DNA from: Candidatus Cloacimonadales bacterium
GTDB taxonomy: Bacteria; Cloacimonadota; Cloacimonadia; Cloacimonadales; JAFGVF01
Direction of reading: 5' to 3'
DNA: 64,000 bases
Assembly: GCA_963663475.2 (NCBI GenBank)
Contig: CAXXJV010000001.1
Location: 896,001 to 960,000, forward strand
Made by a program: the position numbers and the translations under genes. Below are positions 28,669-39,966 of the stretch, piece after piece (positions within the stretch are counted from its first letter, which is position 1; every line of letters begins with the position of its first letter). The notes under the pieces are model-generated. The model saw only the letters and a list, made by a program, of their open reading frames with translations, was not told the origin of the DNA and searched no databases.

Positions 28669-29391
28669 TTGGGACAAAAAATTAATCCAATTATATATCG
28701 TATTGGCGTAAATAAAGAGGCTGAATCAACATGGTTTGCCACTGGTAAACAATATCTTGATAATTTCCATGAAGATTTAAAAATCAGAAATTATATTGAA
28801 AAAAGACTTAGATTCAGAGAAATTCAAGAAGACGTAGATGGTAAAATTAGAAAGAAAATGATACCAACAAACAATATGGTTTCAAGAATAGATATCTCAA
28901 GAAAAACTAATTCAATTTATATCGATATTCAAACTGCTCGTCCTGGCCAAGTTATTGGTAAAAAGGGTGAAGATATTGATAAATTAAGAAACGAAATTAA
29001 TCACCTTGTTAATAAAGGCAGAGATAAGAGCATGAATGTTTTTATCAATGTTAAAGAAATTAACAAAATGTGGTTAGATTCAAAATTAGTTGGTGAAGAG
29101 ATAGCAAAACAATTAGAACAAAGAATCTCTTTTAGAAGAGCAATGAAAAATGCTATGCGTAATGCCTTCAAAGATGGAGCTTTAGGAATTAAAGTTCAAT
29201 GTGCAGGCCGTTTAGGTGGAGCTGAAATTGCTAGAACAGAGAGATATAAACAAGGTAGAACACCTCTTCACACACTTAGAGCCGATATCGATTATGCTTT
29301 AACAGAAGCACAAACAACTTACGGTGTTATTGGTATTAAAGTGTGGATTTATAAAGGTGATATTCTTAATAATAATGTTACTCAAGGGTAA
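28669..29391 (+). CDS. rpsC: 30S ribosomal protein S3
   Basis: [41 protein letters not shown] start. Confidence 0.97.
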   Translation: MGQKINPIIYRIGVNKEAESTWFATGKQYLDNFHEDLKIRNYIEKRLRFREIQEDVDGKIRKKMIPTNNMVSRIDISRKTNSIYIDIQTARPGQVIGKKGEDIDKLRNEINHLVNKGRDKSMNVFINVKEINKMWLDSKLVGEEIAKQLEQRISFRRAMKNAMRNAFKDGALGIKVQCAGRLGGAEIARTERYKQGRTPLHTLRADIDYALTEAQTTYGVIGIKVWIYKGDILNNNVTQG

Positions 29392-29412
29392 TGTTAGGAA
29401 GAGGAGAAAAAG

Positions 29413-29832
29413 ATGTTAGCACCAAAAAAAGTAAAACATAGAAAACAGATGCGCGGAAGAAGAACTGGTTTAGCCTATCGTGGCTCTACTGTTTCTTTTG
29501 GTGAGTATGCTTTAATGGCAACTCAAGATGGCTGGATTACTAGCCGTCAAATCGAAGCTTCTCGTGTCGCTATTACTAGAACTATGAAGCGTCAAGGTAA
29601 AGTGTGGATAAGAATCTTCCCAGATAAACCTATTACAAATAAACCTGCTGAAACTCGTATGGGTAAAGGTAAGGGTGCACCAGAATACTGGGTAGCAGTT
29701 GTAAAACCTGGAAGAATAATGTTTGAGGTCGATGGTGTCGACGCTTCTATTGCAAAAGAAGCTTTTAGATTAGCCGGACATAAACTTCCCATATCAACTA
29801 AAATGATTGCACGTGAAGGAGCTGAAATATGA
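29413..29832 (+). CDS. rplP: 50S ribosomal protein L16
   Basis: [16 protein letters not shown]. Confidence 0.98.
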   Translation: MLAPKKVKHRKQMRGRRTGLAYRGSTVSFGEYALMATQDGWITSRQIEASRVAITRTMKRQGKVWIRIFPDKPITNKPAETRMGKGKGAPEYWVAVVKPGRIMFEVDGVDASIAKEAFRLAGHKLPISTKMIAREGAEI

Positions 29833-30023
29833 TAGCAAAAGAATTAAGAGACCTATCAGTCGAAGAATTAAATGCTAGGCTTAACGATTGTAAAGAAGAG
29901 CTTTTTAATCTTCGTTTCCAACAAGTGCGAAATATGCTGGAGAATCCAGGTAGATTTAAAGAACTCAAAAAAGAGATTGCCAGAATTCATACAGTGTTAA
30001 CTGAAATGAAAAAAGCTAACTAA
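29829..30023 (+). CDS. rpmC: 50S ribosomal protein L29
   Basis: [16 protein letters not shown]. Confidence 0.95.
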   Translation: MIAKELRDLSVEELNARLNDCKEELFNLRFQQVRNMLENPGRFKELKKEIARIHTVLTEMKKAN

Positions 30024-30032
30024 GAGGTCAAA

Positions 30033-30287
30033 ATGCAGGAAACAAGAAAACTAACCAAAAGTGGTGTAGTGGTAAGTGATAAGATGGACAAAACTATTGT
30101 CGTTCGTGTAGAAAGACAGTTTACCCATCCTCTATACAAAAAGACTGTAAGAGTGCATAAGAAATTTATGGCTCATGACGAAAATAATGAAGCACAGATC
30201 GGTGATAAAGTAATAATTGAAGAGAGCAGACCTTTAAGTAGAAAGAAAAGATGGAATCTTCAAGAAGTCACTGAAAAGGTTAAATAG
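30033..30287 (+). CDS. rpsQ: 30S ribosomal protein S17
   Basis: [22 protein letters not shown]. Confidence 0.97.
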   Translation: MQETRKLTKSGVVVSDKMDKTIVVRVERQFTHPLYKKTVRVHKKFMAHDENNEAQIGDKVIIEESRPLSRKKRWNLQEVTEKVK

Positions 30288-30296
30288 GAGTAAGAG

Positions 30297-30665
30297 ATGA
30301 TCCAAGCACAAACAATATTGAACATCGCAGATAACTCCGGTGCTAAGAAGGCAATGTGCATCAAAGTTCTTGGCGGAAGTAAAAGAAAATATGCTACCGT
30401 CGGAGATATCATAGTAATAGCTATTAAATCAGCAACACCTAACGGTAAAGTTAAAAAAGGTACTGTTGAAAAAGCTGTGATCGTAAGAACTGCTAAAGAG
30501 ATAAGACGTAAAGATGGTTCTTATATTCGATTCCAAGATAATGCAGCAGTTATTCTTGATGCTAAAATGGAACCTAAAGGAACTCGTATTTTTGGACCTG
30601 TTGCTCGTGAACTTCGTGAGCATGAGTTTATGAAAATTGTTTCTTTAGCACCTGAAGTGTTATAG
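30297..30665 (+). CDS. rplN: 50S ribosomal protein L14
   Basis: [18 protein letters not shown]. Confidence 0.98.
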   Translation: MIQAQTILNIADNSGAKKAMCIKVLGGSKRKYATVGDIIVIAIKSATPNGKVKKGTVEKAVIVRTAKEIRRKDGSYIRFQDNAAVILDAKMEPKGTRIFGPVARELREHEFMKIVSLAPEVL

Positions 30666-30674
30666 GAGTAGATA

Positions 30675-30995
30675 ATGCAAAATAAAATGAGAATCAAAAA
30701 AGGTGATACAGTAGTTGTAATCAGTGGAGCTGATAAAGGCGTTAAAGGTAGAGTACTTGTTGCTTTCCCTCGTAAACAACGCATTATTATTGAAAAAGTT
30801 AACATGATCAAAAAACATGTTAAACCAAATCAAGCTAATCCACAAGGTGGAATTATTGAAAAAGAAGCCCCTATTCACGTTTCTAACGTAATGCTGTATA
30901 ACGAAAAAATAAAAGATGTTACCAGAGCTGTTTATAAAACAACCGCTGACGGAAAAAGAGTCAGAGTTTGTAAGAAAACAGGGGACGAAATCTAA
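30675..30995 (+). CDS. rplX: 50S ribosomal protein L24
   Basis: [17 protein letters not shown]. Confidence 0.97.
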   Translation: MQNKMRIKKGDTVVVISGADKGVKGRVLVAFPRKQRIIIEKVNMIKKHVKPNQANPQGGIIEKEAPIHVSNVMLYNEKIKDVTRAVYKTTADGKRVRVCKKTGDEI

Positions 30996-31005
30996 AGGAG
31001 AAGGG

Positions 31006-31560
31006 ATGAACAGAAAAAAAGAATTATATTTAAACGAAGTGATTCCCGCACTTAGAACTAAGTTCGAGTATAAAAATATACATATGGTGCCAAAGTTTGA
31101 TAAGATAGTTATTAGTATGGGTGTTGGCGGTGCTACACAAAATAAAGCTATCTTAGATAATGCTATAAAAGATATGGAACAAATTACAGGTAGAAAACCT
31201 CTAGTTACTAAAGCTAAAAAATCAATCTCTAACTTTAAATTAAGAGCAGGGATGCCTATTGGTTGTAAAGTAACTCTTAGAGGCGAAATCATGTATGAAT
31301 TCTATGATAAATTAATATCAATTGTAATTCCTCGTATCAGAGACTTTAAAGGTGTGCCTTTAAAAAACTTTGACGGTAGAGGAAACTACTCATTAGGTTT
31401 AGATGAACAAACAGTTTTTCCTGAAATTGAATTCGACAAAATCGACATGGTTAGAGGTATGAACATTGCAATAGTTACTACTGCAAAAACAGACGAAGAA
31501 GCCAGAGAAATGTTGAAATTAATGGGATTCCCTTTCAGAAAAGTTGCGGTAAAGGAGTAG
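31006..31560 (+). CDS. rplE: 50S ribosomal protein L5
   Basis: ATG 31006 after [25 protein letters not shown]. Confidence 0.97.
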   Translation: MNRKKELYLNEVIPALRTKFEYKNIHMVPKFDKIVISMGVGGATQNKAILDNAIKDMEQITGRKPLVTKAKKSISNFKLRAGMPIGCKVTLRGEIMYEFYDKLISIVIPRIRDFKGVPLKNFDGRGNYSLGLDEQTVFPEIEFDKIDMVRGMNIAIVTTAKTDEEAREMLKLMGFPFRKVAVKE

Positions 31561-31563
31561 ATT

Positions 31564-31749
31564 TTGGCAAAGAAATCATTAGTTGTAAAACAACAAAAGA
31601 AAGCTAAATTCGGCGTTAGAGAATATTCTCGTTGTAAAATTTGTGGAAGACCAAGAGCTTACATGAGAGATTTTGGCATATGCCGTCTTTGTTTCAGAAA
31701 ATTAGCTGACCATGGTAAAATACCTGGAATCACAAGAGCTAGTTGGTAA
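31564..31749 (+). CDS. rpsZ: 30S ribosomal protein S14 (Zn-binding type Z)
   Basis: 61 aa, RCKICGR..CRLCFR. Confidence 0.95.
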   Translation: MAKKSLVVKQQKKAKFGVREYSRCKICGRPRAYMRDFGICRLCFRKLADHGKIPGITRASW

Positions 31750-31764
31750 TAAACTGGAGGAAAA

Positions 31765-32175
31765 ATGATATCAGATCCGATAGCTGATGCAATAACAAAA
31801 GTAAGAAATGCATATCGTGCCGGACATACCAGAGTGGTATTAAATCACAGCAAAATTATTGAATCTATAGTTGTTCTTTTAGCTAAAGAAAACTTTATCA
31901 ATAGTTTTCATGTATTAGAAAAAGACCCTGAAAGAGGCTTAAACTTCAAAAAATTAAGTTTAAACCTTAGATATACAAATAGTGGCCAACCGGTTCTAAC
32001 TGGAATCGAAAGAGTTTCTAAACCTGGAAGAAGAGTATATGTAAAAGCAAACAACGTTCCTAGAGTATATAATAATACCGGTTGTGCATTCATATCAACT
32101 AGCAGTGGTGTTATGGTTGATAGAGATGCTCGTAACCAGAATGTTGGTGGCGAATACATTTGCAAAGTGTGGTAG
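31765..32175 (+). CDS. rpsH: 30S ribosomal protein S8
   Basis: DPIAD, RVSKPGRRVY, STSSG, VGGE. Confidence 0.97.
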   Translation: MISDPIADAITKVRNAYRAGHTRVVLNHSKIIESIVVLLAKENFINSFHVLEKDPERGLNFKKLSLNLRYTNSGQPVLTGIERVSKPGRRVYVKANNVPRVYNNTGCAFISTSSGVMVDRDARNQNVGGEYICKVW

Positions 32176-32184
32176 GAGGATAGC

Positions 32185-32754
32185 ATGTCAAGAATAGGTA
32201 AAAGTCCAATCGTGCTTCCTGAAGGTGTAAAAGTTAACATTACAGGTAGCCACATTGAAGTCGAAGGAAAATTAGGTAAACTCTCTCATGATTTAGTTGG
32301 CGGAATTACTGTTACTCAAGAAGATAATCGCCTTGTTCTTAAAAGACAAGATGATAGTAGAGAACAAAAAGCTTTCCATGGTTTAGGTAGAGCTTTATTG
32401 CAAAACTTAGTAACTGGTGTTACTCAAGGCTATGAAAAACTTCTCCATGTTATCGGTACTGGTTTTTCTGCTGAAGTAATAGGTCCATGGCTTAAGCTTA
32501 ACTTAGGTTACTCTCACGATATCTATTTAGAGATACCTGAAGGTTTAGAAGTCAAAGCTGAAGCAATTCCTCGTGGTAAAGGTATGCATTCTGAACATCA
32601 AGCTAATGTTTTCGTAAAAGGAATTCATAAAGAAGATGTTGGTAAATTCTCTGCTGAAATTAGAGAGTGCCGTAAGCCTGAAAATTACAAAGGTAAAGGA
32701 ATTCGCTACAGCACTGAACGCGTAATAATCAAAGCTGGAAAAGCTGGAGCATAA
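32185..32754 (+). CDS. rplF: 50S ribosomal protein L6
   Basis: MSRIGK, LGYSH, YKGKGIRY. Confidence 0.97.
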   Translation: MSRIGKSPIVLPEGVKVNITGSHIEVEGKLGKLSHDLVGGITVTQEDNRLVLKRQDDSREQKAFHGLGRALLQNLVTGVTQGYEKLLHVIGTGFSAEVIGPWLKLNLGYSHDIYLEIPEGLEVKAEAIPRGKGMHSEHQANVFVKGIHKEDVGKFSAEIRECRKPENYKGKGIRYSTERVIIKAGKAGA

Positions 32755-32766
32755 GCGGGGTAAATA

Positions 32767-33138
32767 ATGGTAAAACCAAGTAATATAATTAGAAATGAAA
32801 AAAGAGCGAGACGTAGAAAAGCTATTCGTAAAACACTTAGTGGAACAGCTACTCGTCCTCGATTAGTTGTTTTCAGAAGTTTGAATCATATATATGGACA
32901 GATAATTGATGACCTCAAGGGAGTTACCCTAGTCTCTTTATCTTCCAAATCTAAAGATGCTCAGTTAGAAGAAGGAATTAAAAAAGTAGAAGTTAGTTTT
33001 CAGATTGGACAGCAATTAGCAGCCAAAGCAATGAAAGCTGGTATTACTAAAGTTTGCTTCGACAGAGCCGGTTACAAATATCACGGCAGAGTAAAAGCAT
33101 TTGCTGATGGTGCTCGTAAAGCCGGATTAGAACTATAA
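32767..33138 (+). CDS. rplR: 50S ribosomal protein L18
   Basis: RPRLVVFRS, FDRAGYKYHGRV. Confidence 0.97.
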   Translation: MVKPSNIIRNEKRARRRKAIRKTLSGTATRPRLVVFRSLNHIYGQIIDDLKGVTLVSLSSKSKDAQLEEGIKKVEVSFQIGQQLAAKAMKAGITKVCFDRAGYKYHGRVKAFADGARKAGLEL

Positions 33139-33147
33139 CGGGAGGAA

Positions 33148-33678
33148 ATGTTGAGACAAATGAATAATCCAGAAATTGAAGATCAATTTGTTGAAAAAAT
33201 AGTCGCAACCAACCGTGTAACCAAGGTAACTAAAGGTGGTAAAAACTTTTCTTTTAGCGCTATTGTTGTTATTGGTGACAAAAAAGGTAATGTTGGTGTT
33301 GGCAAAGGTAAAGCAATCGAGATTGTTGATGCAATCAGAAAAGCTAAAGAAAGAGCCAGCAAAACTATGTTCAGAATTCCAATAACTAACGGTACTATCC
33401 CTCATGAAATGTTAGGAAGATTCGGTGCAAGTAAAGTCTTAATGAGACCTGCTTCTCCTGGTACTGGTGTTATTGCAGGTGGTACTACTAGAGCTATCTT
33501 TGAAGCTGCTGGAATTGAAAATATTCTTTGCAAATCAATGGGTTCTAATACCCCTACTAACGTTGTAAAAGCTACTGTTGTTGGTCTTAAAAAACTTAGA
33601 ACTATCAACGATATTGCTAAACTTAGAAATAAAACTTTTGCTGAATTGACTGGAATGGAGGCTAAAGATGAAGATTAA
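33148..33678 (+). CDS. rpsE: 30S ribosomal protein S5
   Basis: [21 protein letters not shown]. Confidence 0.97.
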   Translation: MLRQMNNPEIEDQFVEKIVATNRVTKVTKGGKNFSFSAIVVIGDKKGNVGVGKGKAIEIVDAIRKAKERASKTMFRIPITNGTIPHEMLGRFGASKVLMRPASPGTGVIAGGTTRAIFEAAGIENILCKSMGSNTPTNVVKATVVGLKKLRTINDIAKLRNKTFAELTGMEAKDED

Positions 33679-33853
33679 AGTAAGCCAAATCAAAAGTGCA
33701 ATTGGCAGAAAAGAAAATCATAAAAGAGTTTTAGCTTCACTGGGATTAGGTAGAATTGGAAAATCAAGAATTCATGATGACAGCCCTGTTATCATGGGTA
33801 TGATTAAAAAAGTAGACTACCTATTAAAAGTTGAAACAGTTGAAGAAAACTAA
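33668..33853 (+). CDS. rpmD: 50S ribosomal protein L30
   Basis: KSAIGR, LGLGRI, GMIKKV. Confidence 0.95.
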   Translation: MKIKVSQIKSAIGRKENHKRVLASLGLGRIGKSRIHDDSPVIMGMIKKVDYLLKVETVEEN

Positions 33854-33864
33854 GGAGAGATAAG

Positions 33865-34335
33865 ATGTTAACCTTACACAATCTTAGTAAACCAGCTATT
33901 AAAAAGAATAAAAAAAGATTAGGAAAAGGTCAAGCGACTGGTCAAGGTCAAACTGCAGGTAAAGGACACAAAGGACAAAAAGCACGTTCTGGTGGTAAAA
34001 TACCTATCTGGTTTGAAGGTGGTCAAATGCCTATCCAAAGAAGACTCCCAAAAAGAGGATTCAAAAACATCTTTAAAGTTTCACATAGAATCGTCAATTT
34101 AAAAGACCTGGTTGATTTAGACGTTCAAGAATTAGATATTGCAAAAATGGAAGAAATTGGTTTATTACCTAAAAGCGGTAAAAAAGCCAACTATCCAGTT
34201 AAGGTCCTAGCTGAACTAGGAGATGTAGAATTTTCAAAAACAATGACTATTAAAGCCAACGCTTTTTCCAAAAAAGCAATCGAACTGATTGAAAATAAAG
34301 GTGGTAAAGCGGAGGTAGTGAACTTTGTTAAGTAA
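33865..34335 (+). CDS. rplO: 50S ribosomal protein L15
   Basis: GKGHKGQKARSG, FEGGQMP, RLPKRGF. Confidence 0.97.
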   Translation: MLTLHNLSKPAIKKNKKRLGKGQATGQGQTAGKGHKGQKARSGGKIPIWFEGGQMPIQRRLPKRGFKNIFKVSHRIVNLKDLVDLDVQELDIAKMEEIGLLPKSGKKANYPVKVLAELGDVEFSKTMTIKANAFSKKAIELIENKGGKAEVVNFVK

Positions 34336-35629
34336 AATAGCAAATATATTTAGAGTTCCTGATTTAAAGAAAAAAGTACTATTTACTGCTTTTATTCTTG
34401 TGTTATATAGATTGGGAAGCTTTATTCCGGTTCCCGGGGTAGATGCCTCAGAGTTAGGAAAAATATTTAGTAGCAACAGTGAGGGACTACTTGGATTAGT
34501 AGATCTCTTCGCTGGTGGTAATATGTCTAGAGCATCAGTCTTTGCTCTAGGTATCATGCCTTATATTACTGCTTCTATTGTTATTCAATTGCTGGGTTCA
34601 GTAATACCTTATTTTGAAAAACTCAAAAAAGAGGGTGCTGAAGGGCAAAAGAAAATAACTCAGATTACAAGATATGGAACCGTATTGGTAGCGGGTTTGA
34701 ACTCTATTGGAATATGCGTTATGTTACTTTCTCAACCAAACATTGTAACTATTAACCATACATTCTTCTTTGTATCTACTATTATTACCTTAATCACTGG
34801 TGTTATGATTATCATGTGGTTAGGTGAACAGATTACAGAAAAGGGTATTGGTAACGGTATTTCTTTGATTATATTTGCTGGTATCATAGCTCGCCTTCCT
34901 GGCGAAATCTATGGTCTTTTCCAAAGAGTTGCAGCTAACCCTTCTATCGGGAACATTTTTATGATTCTCTTTATTTTAGCTGCCATTGTAGTTGTTACTG
35001 CATCTGTTATATTAGTTACTGAAGCAATTAGAAAAATACCTGTACAGTATGCAAAAAGAGTTATTGGCCGTAAAGTTTATGGTGGTCAATCAACTTATAT
35101 CCCTCTAAGGGTTAATACTGCTGGTGTTATTCCTATCATCTTTGCTCAGTCTGTGCTTATGTTCCCTATTACAATTATTAGATTCTTTAATGCAGATTCT
35201 ACTTTTGTAACTAATTGGTTCTCACCAGGAACTGCACTTTATACAATAATTTCAATGATATTAATCATCTTCTTTGCTTATTTCTATACCGCAATGGTTA
35301 TGAATCCAGTAGAGATGGCTGATAATATGAAAAAATACGGCGGTTTTATTCCTGGTGTTAAACAAGGTAAAAAAACCTCTGAATATATCAATCGTGTATT
35401 AGTCAGAATTACTCTTCCAGGAGCTATATTCTATGCTATTATCGCTGTTATGCCTGATATCTTATTCCGTGTTTTAGGAGTTAGCTTATCTGTCTTAGGC
35501 GGTACAAGTATTATCATTGTTGTTGGTGTTGCCTTAGACACTCTTCAGCAAATAGAATCTCACCTAGTATCACGCCACTATGATGGTTTCATGAAACGTG
35601 GCAAACTAAGAGGAAGATCAGGAAGATGA
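34325..35629 (+). CDS. secY: preprotein translocase subunit SecY
   Basis: FALGIMPYITASI, WLGEQITEKGIGNGISL, AGVIPIIFA. Confidence 0.98.
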   Translation: MLSKIANIFRVPDLKKKVLFTAFILVLYRLGSFIPVPGVDASELGKIFSSNSEGLLGLVDLFAGGNMSRASVFALGIMPYITASIVIQLLGSVIPYFEKLKKEGAEGQKKITQITRYGTVLVAGLNSIGICVMLLSQPNIVTINHTFFFVSTIITLITGVMIIMWLGEQITEKGIGNGISLIIFAGIIARLPGEIYGLFQRVAANPSIGNIFMILFILAAIVVVTASVILVTEAIRKIPVQYAKRVIGRKVYGGQSTYIPLRVNTAGVIPIIFAQSVLMFPITIIRFFNADSTFVTNWFSPGTALYTIISMILIIFFAYFYTAMVMNPVEMADNMKKYGGFIPGVKQGKKTSEYINRVLVRITLPGAIFYAIIAVMPDILFRVLGVSLSVLGGTSIIIVVGVALDTLQQIESHLVSRHYDGFMKRGKLRGRSGR

Positions 35630-36399
35630 TAAAGATTAAGAAGCAACATGAGATTGAAAAAATGCGTGATGCAGGCAGAATAATTGGACTGCTCTGGCAA
35701 GAGATGGAGAAGATTATTGCTCCAGGTATTTCTACTTGGGATTTAGATAAATTTGCTGATGAATTTATTCGTTCTCATGGTGCTTATCCTGCATTTAAAG
35801 GATATACTGTTCCCGGCTTAGCCCCTTTCCCAGGTGCTATTTGCGCTTCGGTTAATTCCGTAATTGTCCACGGCATACCTGCTAAAAATGTTATCCTCAA
35901 AGAAGGGGATATAATTGGGGTAGATGTTGGTACCAGAAAAGCCGGTTATCACGGAGATTCAGCTTATACATTTACTGTCGGCCAGATCTCTAAAGAGGCT
36001 CAAGATCTTTTAGATGTAACAAAGAAAGCACTTGAAATTGGTATTAATGCTGCAATAGTCGGTAACAGAGTTGGAGATATCTCCTATGCTATCGGCAAGT
36101 TTGTAAAAGACAGTGGTTACTACTGTGCTGATGACCTTACTGGTCACGGTATCGGTAAAGAATTACACGAAGACCCTATGATTCCTAATGTAGGAAGAAA
36201 AGGAACGGGAAAGTTAATTAAAGAAGGAATGACCATAGCAATTGAGCCAATGGTCAATATTGGCACTAATAAAGTTATTGAAAGAGGCTGGGAATATCTA
36301 GTAAAAGATGGTTCACTATCAGCCCATTTCGAACATACTATATTAGTAACAGATACAAAACCAGAAATTTTAACTAAGGTAGGAAGAGAGAATGGCTAA
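35626..36399 (+). CDS. map: methionine aminopeptidase type I
   Basis: VHGIP, GHGIG..HEDP, AIEPM, SAHFEHT. Confidence 0.97.
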   Translation: MIKIKKQHEIEKMRDAGRIIGLLWQEMEKIIAPGISTWDLDKFADEFIRSHGAYPAFKGYTVPGLAPFPGAICASVNSVIVHGIPAKNVILKEGDIIGVDVGTRKAGYHGDSAYTFTVGQISKEAQDLLDVTKKALEIGINAAIVGNRVGDISYAIGKFVKDSGYYCADDLTGHGIGKELHEDPMIPNVGRKGTGKLIKEGMTIAIEPMVNIGTNKVIERGWEYLVKDGSLSAHFEHTILVTDTKPEILTKVGRENG

Positions 36400-36610
36400 A
36401 TCAGGTGTTATTGAGGTAGAAGGGGTAGTTAAAGAATCCTTGCCAAACACGCAATTTAAGGTGGAATTAGAAAACGGGCATGTTATACTTGCTCATAGTT
36501 CGGGAAAAATGAGAATGCATTTCATTAGAATTTTACCTGGAGATAAAGTTAAAGTTGAACTATCACCTTACGATTTGACCAAAGGAAGAATCACTTACCG
36601 TTATAAATAG
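36392..36610 (+). CDS. infA: translation initiation factor IF-1
   Basis: [25 protein letters not shown]. Confidence 0.98.
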   Translation: MAKSGVIEVEGVVKESLPNTQFKVELENGHVILAHSSGKMRMHFIRILPGDKVKVELSPYDLTKGRITYRYK

Positions 36611-36633
36611 TTGTTACAGATGAAGGAGAAAAA

Positions 36634-36747
36634 ATGAAAGTAAGAGCTTCTGTTAAGAAAATCTGTAAAGATTGTAGAATTATCAAGCGAAATGGTGTTA
36701 TCCGTGTGATTTGTACAAATCCAAAGCACAAACAACGCCAGGGATAA
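36634..36747 (+). CDS. rpmJ: 50S ribosomal protein L36 (below ORF-track length cutoff)
   Basis: Manual translation [46 protein letters not shown]. Confidence 0.97.
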   Translation: MKVRASVKKICKDCRIIKRNGVIRVICTNPKHKQRQG

Positions 36748-36790
36748 ACCCTAATTAAAATAATATAATAAATTCCGAAGGAGGAAAGGC

Positions 36791-37162
36791 TTGGCACATA
36801 TCGCAGGTGTTGAGATACCTAATAACAAAAGAGTTGTTATAGGTTTAACTTATATTTATGGCATAGGAAGATCTTTGTCTTCAGAAATCCTCAAGAAGGC
36901 TAACATTGATGAAAACATCAAAGTGCAAGATCTTTCAGTAGAACAAGAAAGACTTATTCGTGACATTATTCAAAATGAATATACTGTTGAAGGAACCTTA
37001 AGAACAAAGATTGCTTTAGATATTAAACGTCTTATGGAAATCAATTGCTACCGTGGTCTTCGTCATAAGAGAGGACTCCCAGTACGTGGGCAGAACACTC
37101 AAAATAATGCTAGAACCAGAAAAGGTCCAAAACCTGGTTCAATTAAGAAGAAGAAAAAATAG
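36791..37162 (+). CDS. rpsM: 30S ribosomal protein S13
   Basis: [27 protein letters not shown]. Confidence 0.97.
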   Translation: MAHIAGVEIPNNKRVVIGLTYIYGIGRSLSSEILKKANIDENIKVQDLSVEQERLIRDIIQNEYTVEGTLRTKIALDIKRLMEINCYRGLRHKRGLPVRGQNTQNNARTRKGPKPGSIKKKKK

Positions 37163-37170
37163 GAGAACTT

Positions 37171-37563
37171 ATGGCTAAAAAGAAAGTAAGAGCTAAGAAA
37201 AAAAGAGTTCGCTTAGCATTTGACGAAGGTGTAGCACATATCCATTCAAGTTTTAATAATACTATTATCACTCTATCTGACAAAGCAGGTAATGTACTTA
37301 CTTGGTCTTCAGGTGGTAAAATTGGTAATAAAGGTTCCCGTAAATCAACTCCTTATGCAGCACAGATTGCAGCAGGTGAAGTAGCTAAATCAGCTCTTGA
37401 TATGGGAATTACTAAAGTTAAAGTAATCGTTCGTGGACCAGGTGGAGGTAGAGAAGCATCTATCAGATCTATGAATGCTACGGGATTAAAGATTTTATCT
37501 ATCCAAGATGCAACTCCGATCCCACATAACGGATGCCGTCCACCAAAAACAAGAAGAATCTAA
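37171..37563 (+). CDS. rpsK: 30S ribosomal protein S11
   Basis: [24 protein letters not shown]. Confidence 0.98.
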   Translation: MAKKKVRAKKKRVRLAFDEGVAHIHSSFNNTIITLSDKAGNVLTWSSGGKIGNKGSRKSTPYAAQIAAGEVAKSALDMGITKVKVIVRGPGGGREASIRSMNATGLKILSIQDATPIPHNGCRPPKTRRI

Positions 37564-37572
37564 GGGGGAATA

Positions 37573-38187
37573 ATGGCACGATATACAGGACCTAAAGCAA
37601 AATTAGTAAGAAAATTTGGTGAAAACATTTTTGGAACACCAAAATATGATAGAATATTAGAAAGAAGAAATTATCCTGCCGGCGATCATGGTAAAGTTTT
37701 TAGAAGAAAACTTTCTGATTATGGTACTCACTTAAGAGAAAAACAAAAACTCAAAAACACTTATTGTCTCTTAGAAAAACAATTCTATAATTACTTTGTT
37801 AAAGCTTCTAAGAAAGAAGGTGTTACTGGTGATAACTTCCTTCAATTACTTGAAAGAAGATTGGATAATGTTGTGTATAGATTAGGATTTGCTGTTACTA
37901 GAATGCAGTCTCGTCAGTTTGTTAATCATGGCCATGTTATGGTTAACGGTAGAAGAGTAAATATTGCTTCATTCTTATGCAAACCTGGTGATGTTATTGA
38001 GATTAAAGAAAGTTCTAGAAAAGGTGCCATGTCTGAAGCTGCTGATATTACAGGTGCAACTTCTTCATACTCATGGTTATCAGTTGATAAAGATAATTTC
38101 AAAGGTGAATTTTTAGCAATACCAAATGCTGAAGAGATACCTACTAATGTAGATGTCCGTTTAATTGTTGAGTTCTATTCTAAATAA
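37573..38187 (+). CDS. rpsD: 30S ribosomal protein S4
   Basis: MARYTGP, LERRLDNVVYR, IVEFYSK. Confidence 0.98.
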   Translation: MARYTGPKAKLVRKFGENIFGTPKYDRILERRNYPAGDHGKVFRRKLSDYGTHLREKQKLKNTYCLLEKQFYNYFVKASKKEGVTGDNFLQLLERRLDNVVYRLGFAVTRMQSRQFVNHGHVMVNGRRVNIASFLCKPGDVIEIKESSRKGAMSEAADITGATSSYSWLSVDKDNFKGEFLAIPNAEEIPTNVDVRLIVEFYSK

Positions 38188-38202
38188 ACTGGAGAGACAC
38201 AT

Positions 38203-39210
38203 ATGATGTTCTTAGAACCGTTGCAGATGCCGAACAAAGTCGAAGTTATAGAAAACAGTGATACTTATGGAAAATTCGAAATAGGTCCTTTAGAACCTGG
38301 TTTTGGAACAACTATCGGTAACACCTTAAGAAGAGTTTTATTAGCTTCAATTCAAGGTGCTGCAATAAAATATGTTAGAATTGAAGGTTTGCATCACGAA
38401 TTCTGCCCTATTCCGGGTACTAATTCCGATTATGTTGATCTTATTCTCAAACTGAAAGAGTTAGTTCTAAAAATTGACGATATCAATGAAGTTGAGTTAG
38501 TTTTAGAACACAAAGGAAAAGGTGTAGTAACTGCAGCCGATATTCAAACACCTGGAAATGTTGAAATTCTGAACCCAGAACTTGTACTTCTTGAAATGAG
38601 CGAAGATGTTGATATCAGAATTGAACTATGGGCTGCTAATGGAAGAGGCTTTGTCCCTTCAGATAAACAGGACATGAATGAAAAATCTATTGGAATTATC
38701 CCAATCGATTCCATCTATTCTCCTATGAGAAAAGTGAACTTCTTCGTGACTAACCAACGTGTTAAAGAGAAGATGAATTATGATAAACTAGTTGTAGAAA
38801 TTACTACAGACGGTTCTATCAATCCTAAAAACTCACTATTTCTCGCTGCCAAAATATTGAAAGATCTTTATGCTAGTATCTCTCAATTTGAAGTTGAACC
38901 TGAATATATTGAAGAAGTTCAAATGGATCCAGAATTGGAAAGATATGAAAAACTCTTTAATATGAATGTTAAAGAACTCGAACTTACTGTTCGTTCTGCA
39001 AACTGCTTGTTGGCTGCTAAGATCGAAAAGATTGGAGAATTAGTTGGTAAAACTGAAAGTGAAATGTTAAAATACCGTAACTTCGGTAAGAAATCTTTGG
39101 ATGAAATTCAAGGCTTACTTGATACTTATGGCTTATCTCTTGGAATGGATGTTGATACTATCAATGCCCAGATTCAAGAGGCAAAAAACAGAGTAAAAAT
39201 AAAAGAATAA
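38203..39210 (+). CDS. rpoA: RNA polymerase subunit alpha
   Basis: [36 protein letters not shown]. Confidence 0.98.
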   Translation: MMFLEPLQMPNKVEVIENSDTYGKFEIGPLEPGFGTTIGNTLRRVLLASIQGAAIKYVRIEGLHHEFCPIPGTNSDYVDLILKLKELVLKIDDINEVELVLEHKGKGVVTAADIQTPGNVEILNPELVLLEMSEDVDIRIELWAANGRGFVPSDKQDMNEKSIGIIPIDSIYSPMRKVNFFVTNQRVKEKMNYDKLVVEITTDGSINPKNSLFLAAKILKDLYASISQFEVEPEYIEEVQMDPELERYEKLFNMNVKELELTVRSANCLLAAKIEKIGELVGKTESEMLKYRNFGKKSLDEIQGLLDTYGLSLGMDVDTINAQIQEAKNRVKIKE

Positions 39211-39220
39211 GGATTCGACC

Positions 39221-39607
39221 ATGAGACATAGAGTTAGAGGAAGAAAATTTGGTTTAGAAAGTGATCACAGAAAGGCTATGTTACATAACCTTGTAAAATC
39301 ACTTATCGAACATGGACGCATCAATACTACACTCGCTAGAGCTAAAGAGATGCGCTCACTTGCTGAACGTTGTGTTACTTATGCTAAGAAAAATGATGTT
39401 CATAATCGTAGATTAGCTTACAAAGTTCTTCAAGATAGAGACTTAGTAAAGAGACTTTTTGAAGATATCGCTCCAAATTATGCTACAAGAAACGGTGGTT
39501 ACACTCGTGTTCTTAAAGCTGGTAATCGTAGAGGAGATAATGCTCCTATGGCTATTATCGAGTTTGTGGACGGTGTTGGTAGAACAAGTAACGAAAGTGC
39601 TGAATAA
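39221..39607 (+). CDS. rplQ: 50S ribosomal protein L17
   Basis: MRHR, INTTLARAKE, RNGGYTRV, RRGDNA. Confidence 0.98.
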   Translation: MRHRVRGRKFGLESDHRKAMLHNLVKSLIEHGRINTTLARAKEMRSLAERCVTYAKKNDVHNRRLAYKVLQDRDLVKRLFEDIAPNYATRNGGYTRVLKAGNRRGDNAPMAIIEFVDGVGRTSNESAE

Positions 39608-39636
39608 TATATATAATTAATATATAATAATATATC

Positions 39637-39666
39637 AAGGCTACTCATTTATGGGTAGCCTTTTTT
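39637..39666 (+). terminator. intrinsic terminator of ribosomal cluster
   Basis: AAGGCTACTCAT/ATGGGTAGCCTT plus T-tract. Confidence 0.8.
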
Positions 39667-39709
39667 CTTTGCTAAAAATTTAAGGCTGTAGAAAGCTCGT
39701 GGCTTTTAG

Positions 39710-39829
39710 GGAGTGGAAGCATCCTTGCTTCCACCTGAGACCAGGATTTTTATGGAGTGGAAGCATCCTTGCTTCCACCTGAAAACAGGGACTTGCTTAT
39801 GGAGTGGAAGCATCCTTGCTTCCACCTGA
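39710..39829. repeat. three 29-bp REP-like palindromic direct repeats
   Basis: GGAGTGGAAGCATCCTTGCTTCCACCTGA at 39710, 39754, 39801; spacers 15 and 18 bp. Confidence 0.85.
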
Positions 39830-39842
39830 GATAATCAAAAGC

Positions 39843-39966
39843 AAAAAAAATAGGGGCTAGGCCCCTATTAAAGCAGTCCACAGCAACTGCTAAAAATTAA
39901 TCCGTAAATCAGCTTACAATTTTTGGATAGATACAGAGGCTGGATGAACAATCTCAAACTCTATAC
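39843..39966 (-). ncRNA. candidate small RNA
   Basis: Minus-strand TTGACA at 40002-39997, several hairpins, terminator AATAGGGGC/GCCCCTATT plus T8 at 39843-39869. Confidence 0.3.

Noticed and set aside
30916-31005. N-terminal extension of L5 in ORF track
   Set aside because: Overlaps rplX; RBS supports ATG 31006
26799-36797. Many minus-strand ORFs across the ribosomal cluster
   Set aside because: Antisense shadows of conserved genes
39710-39829. Possible mini-CRISPR array
   Set aside because: Spacers only 15 and 18 bp and similar to each other; no cas genes in window
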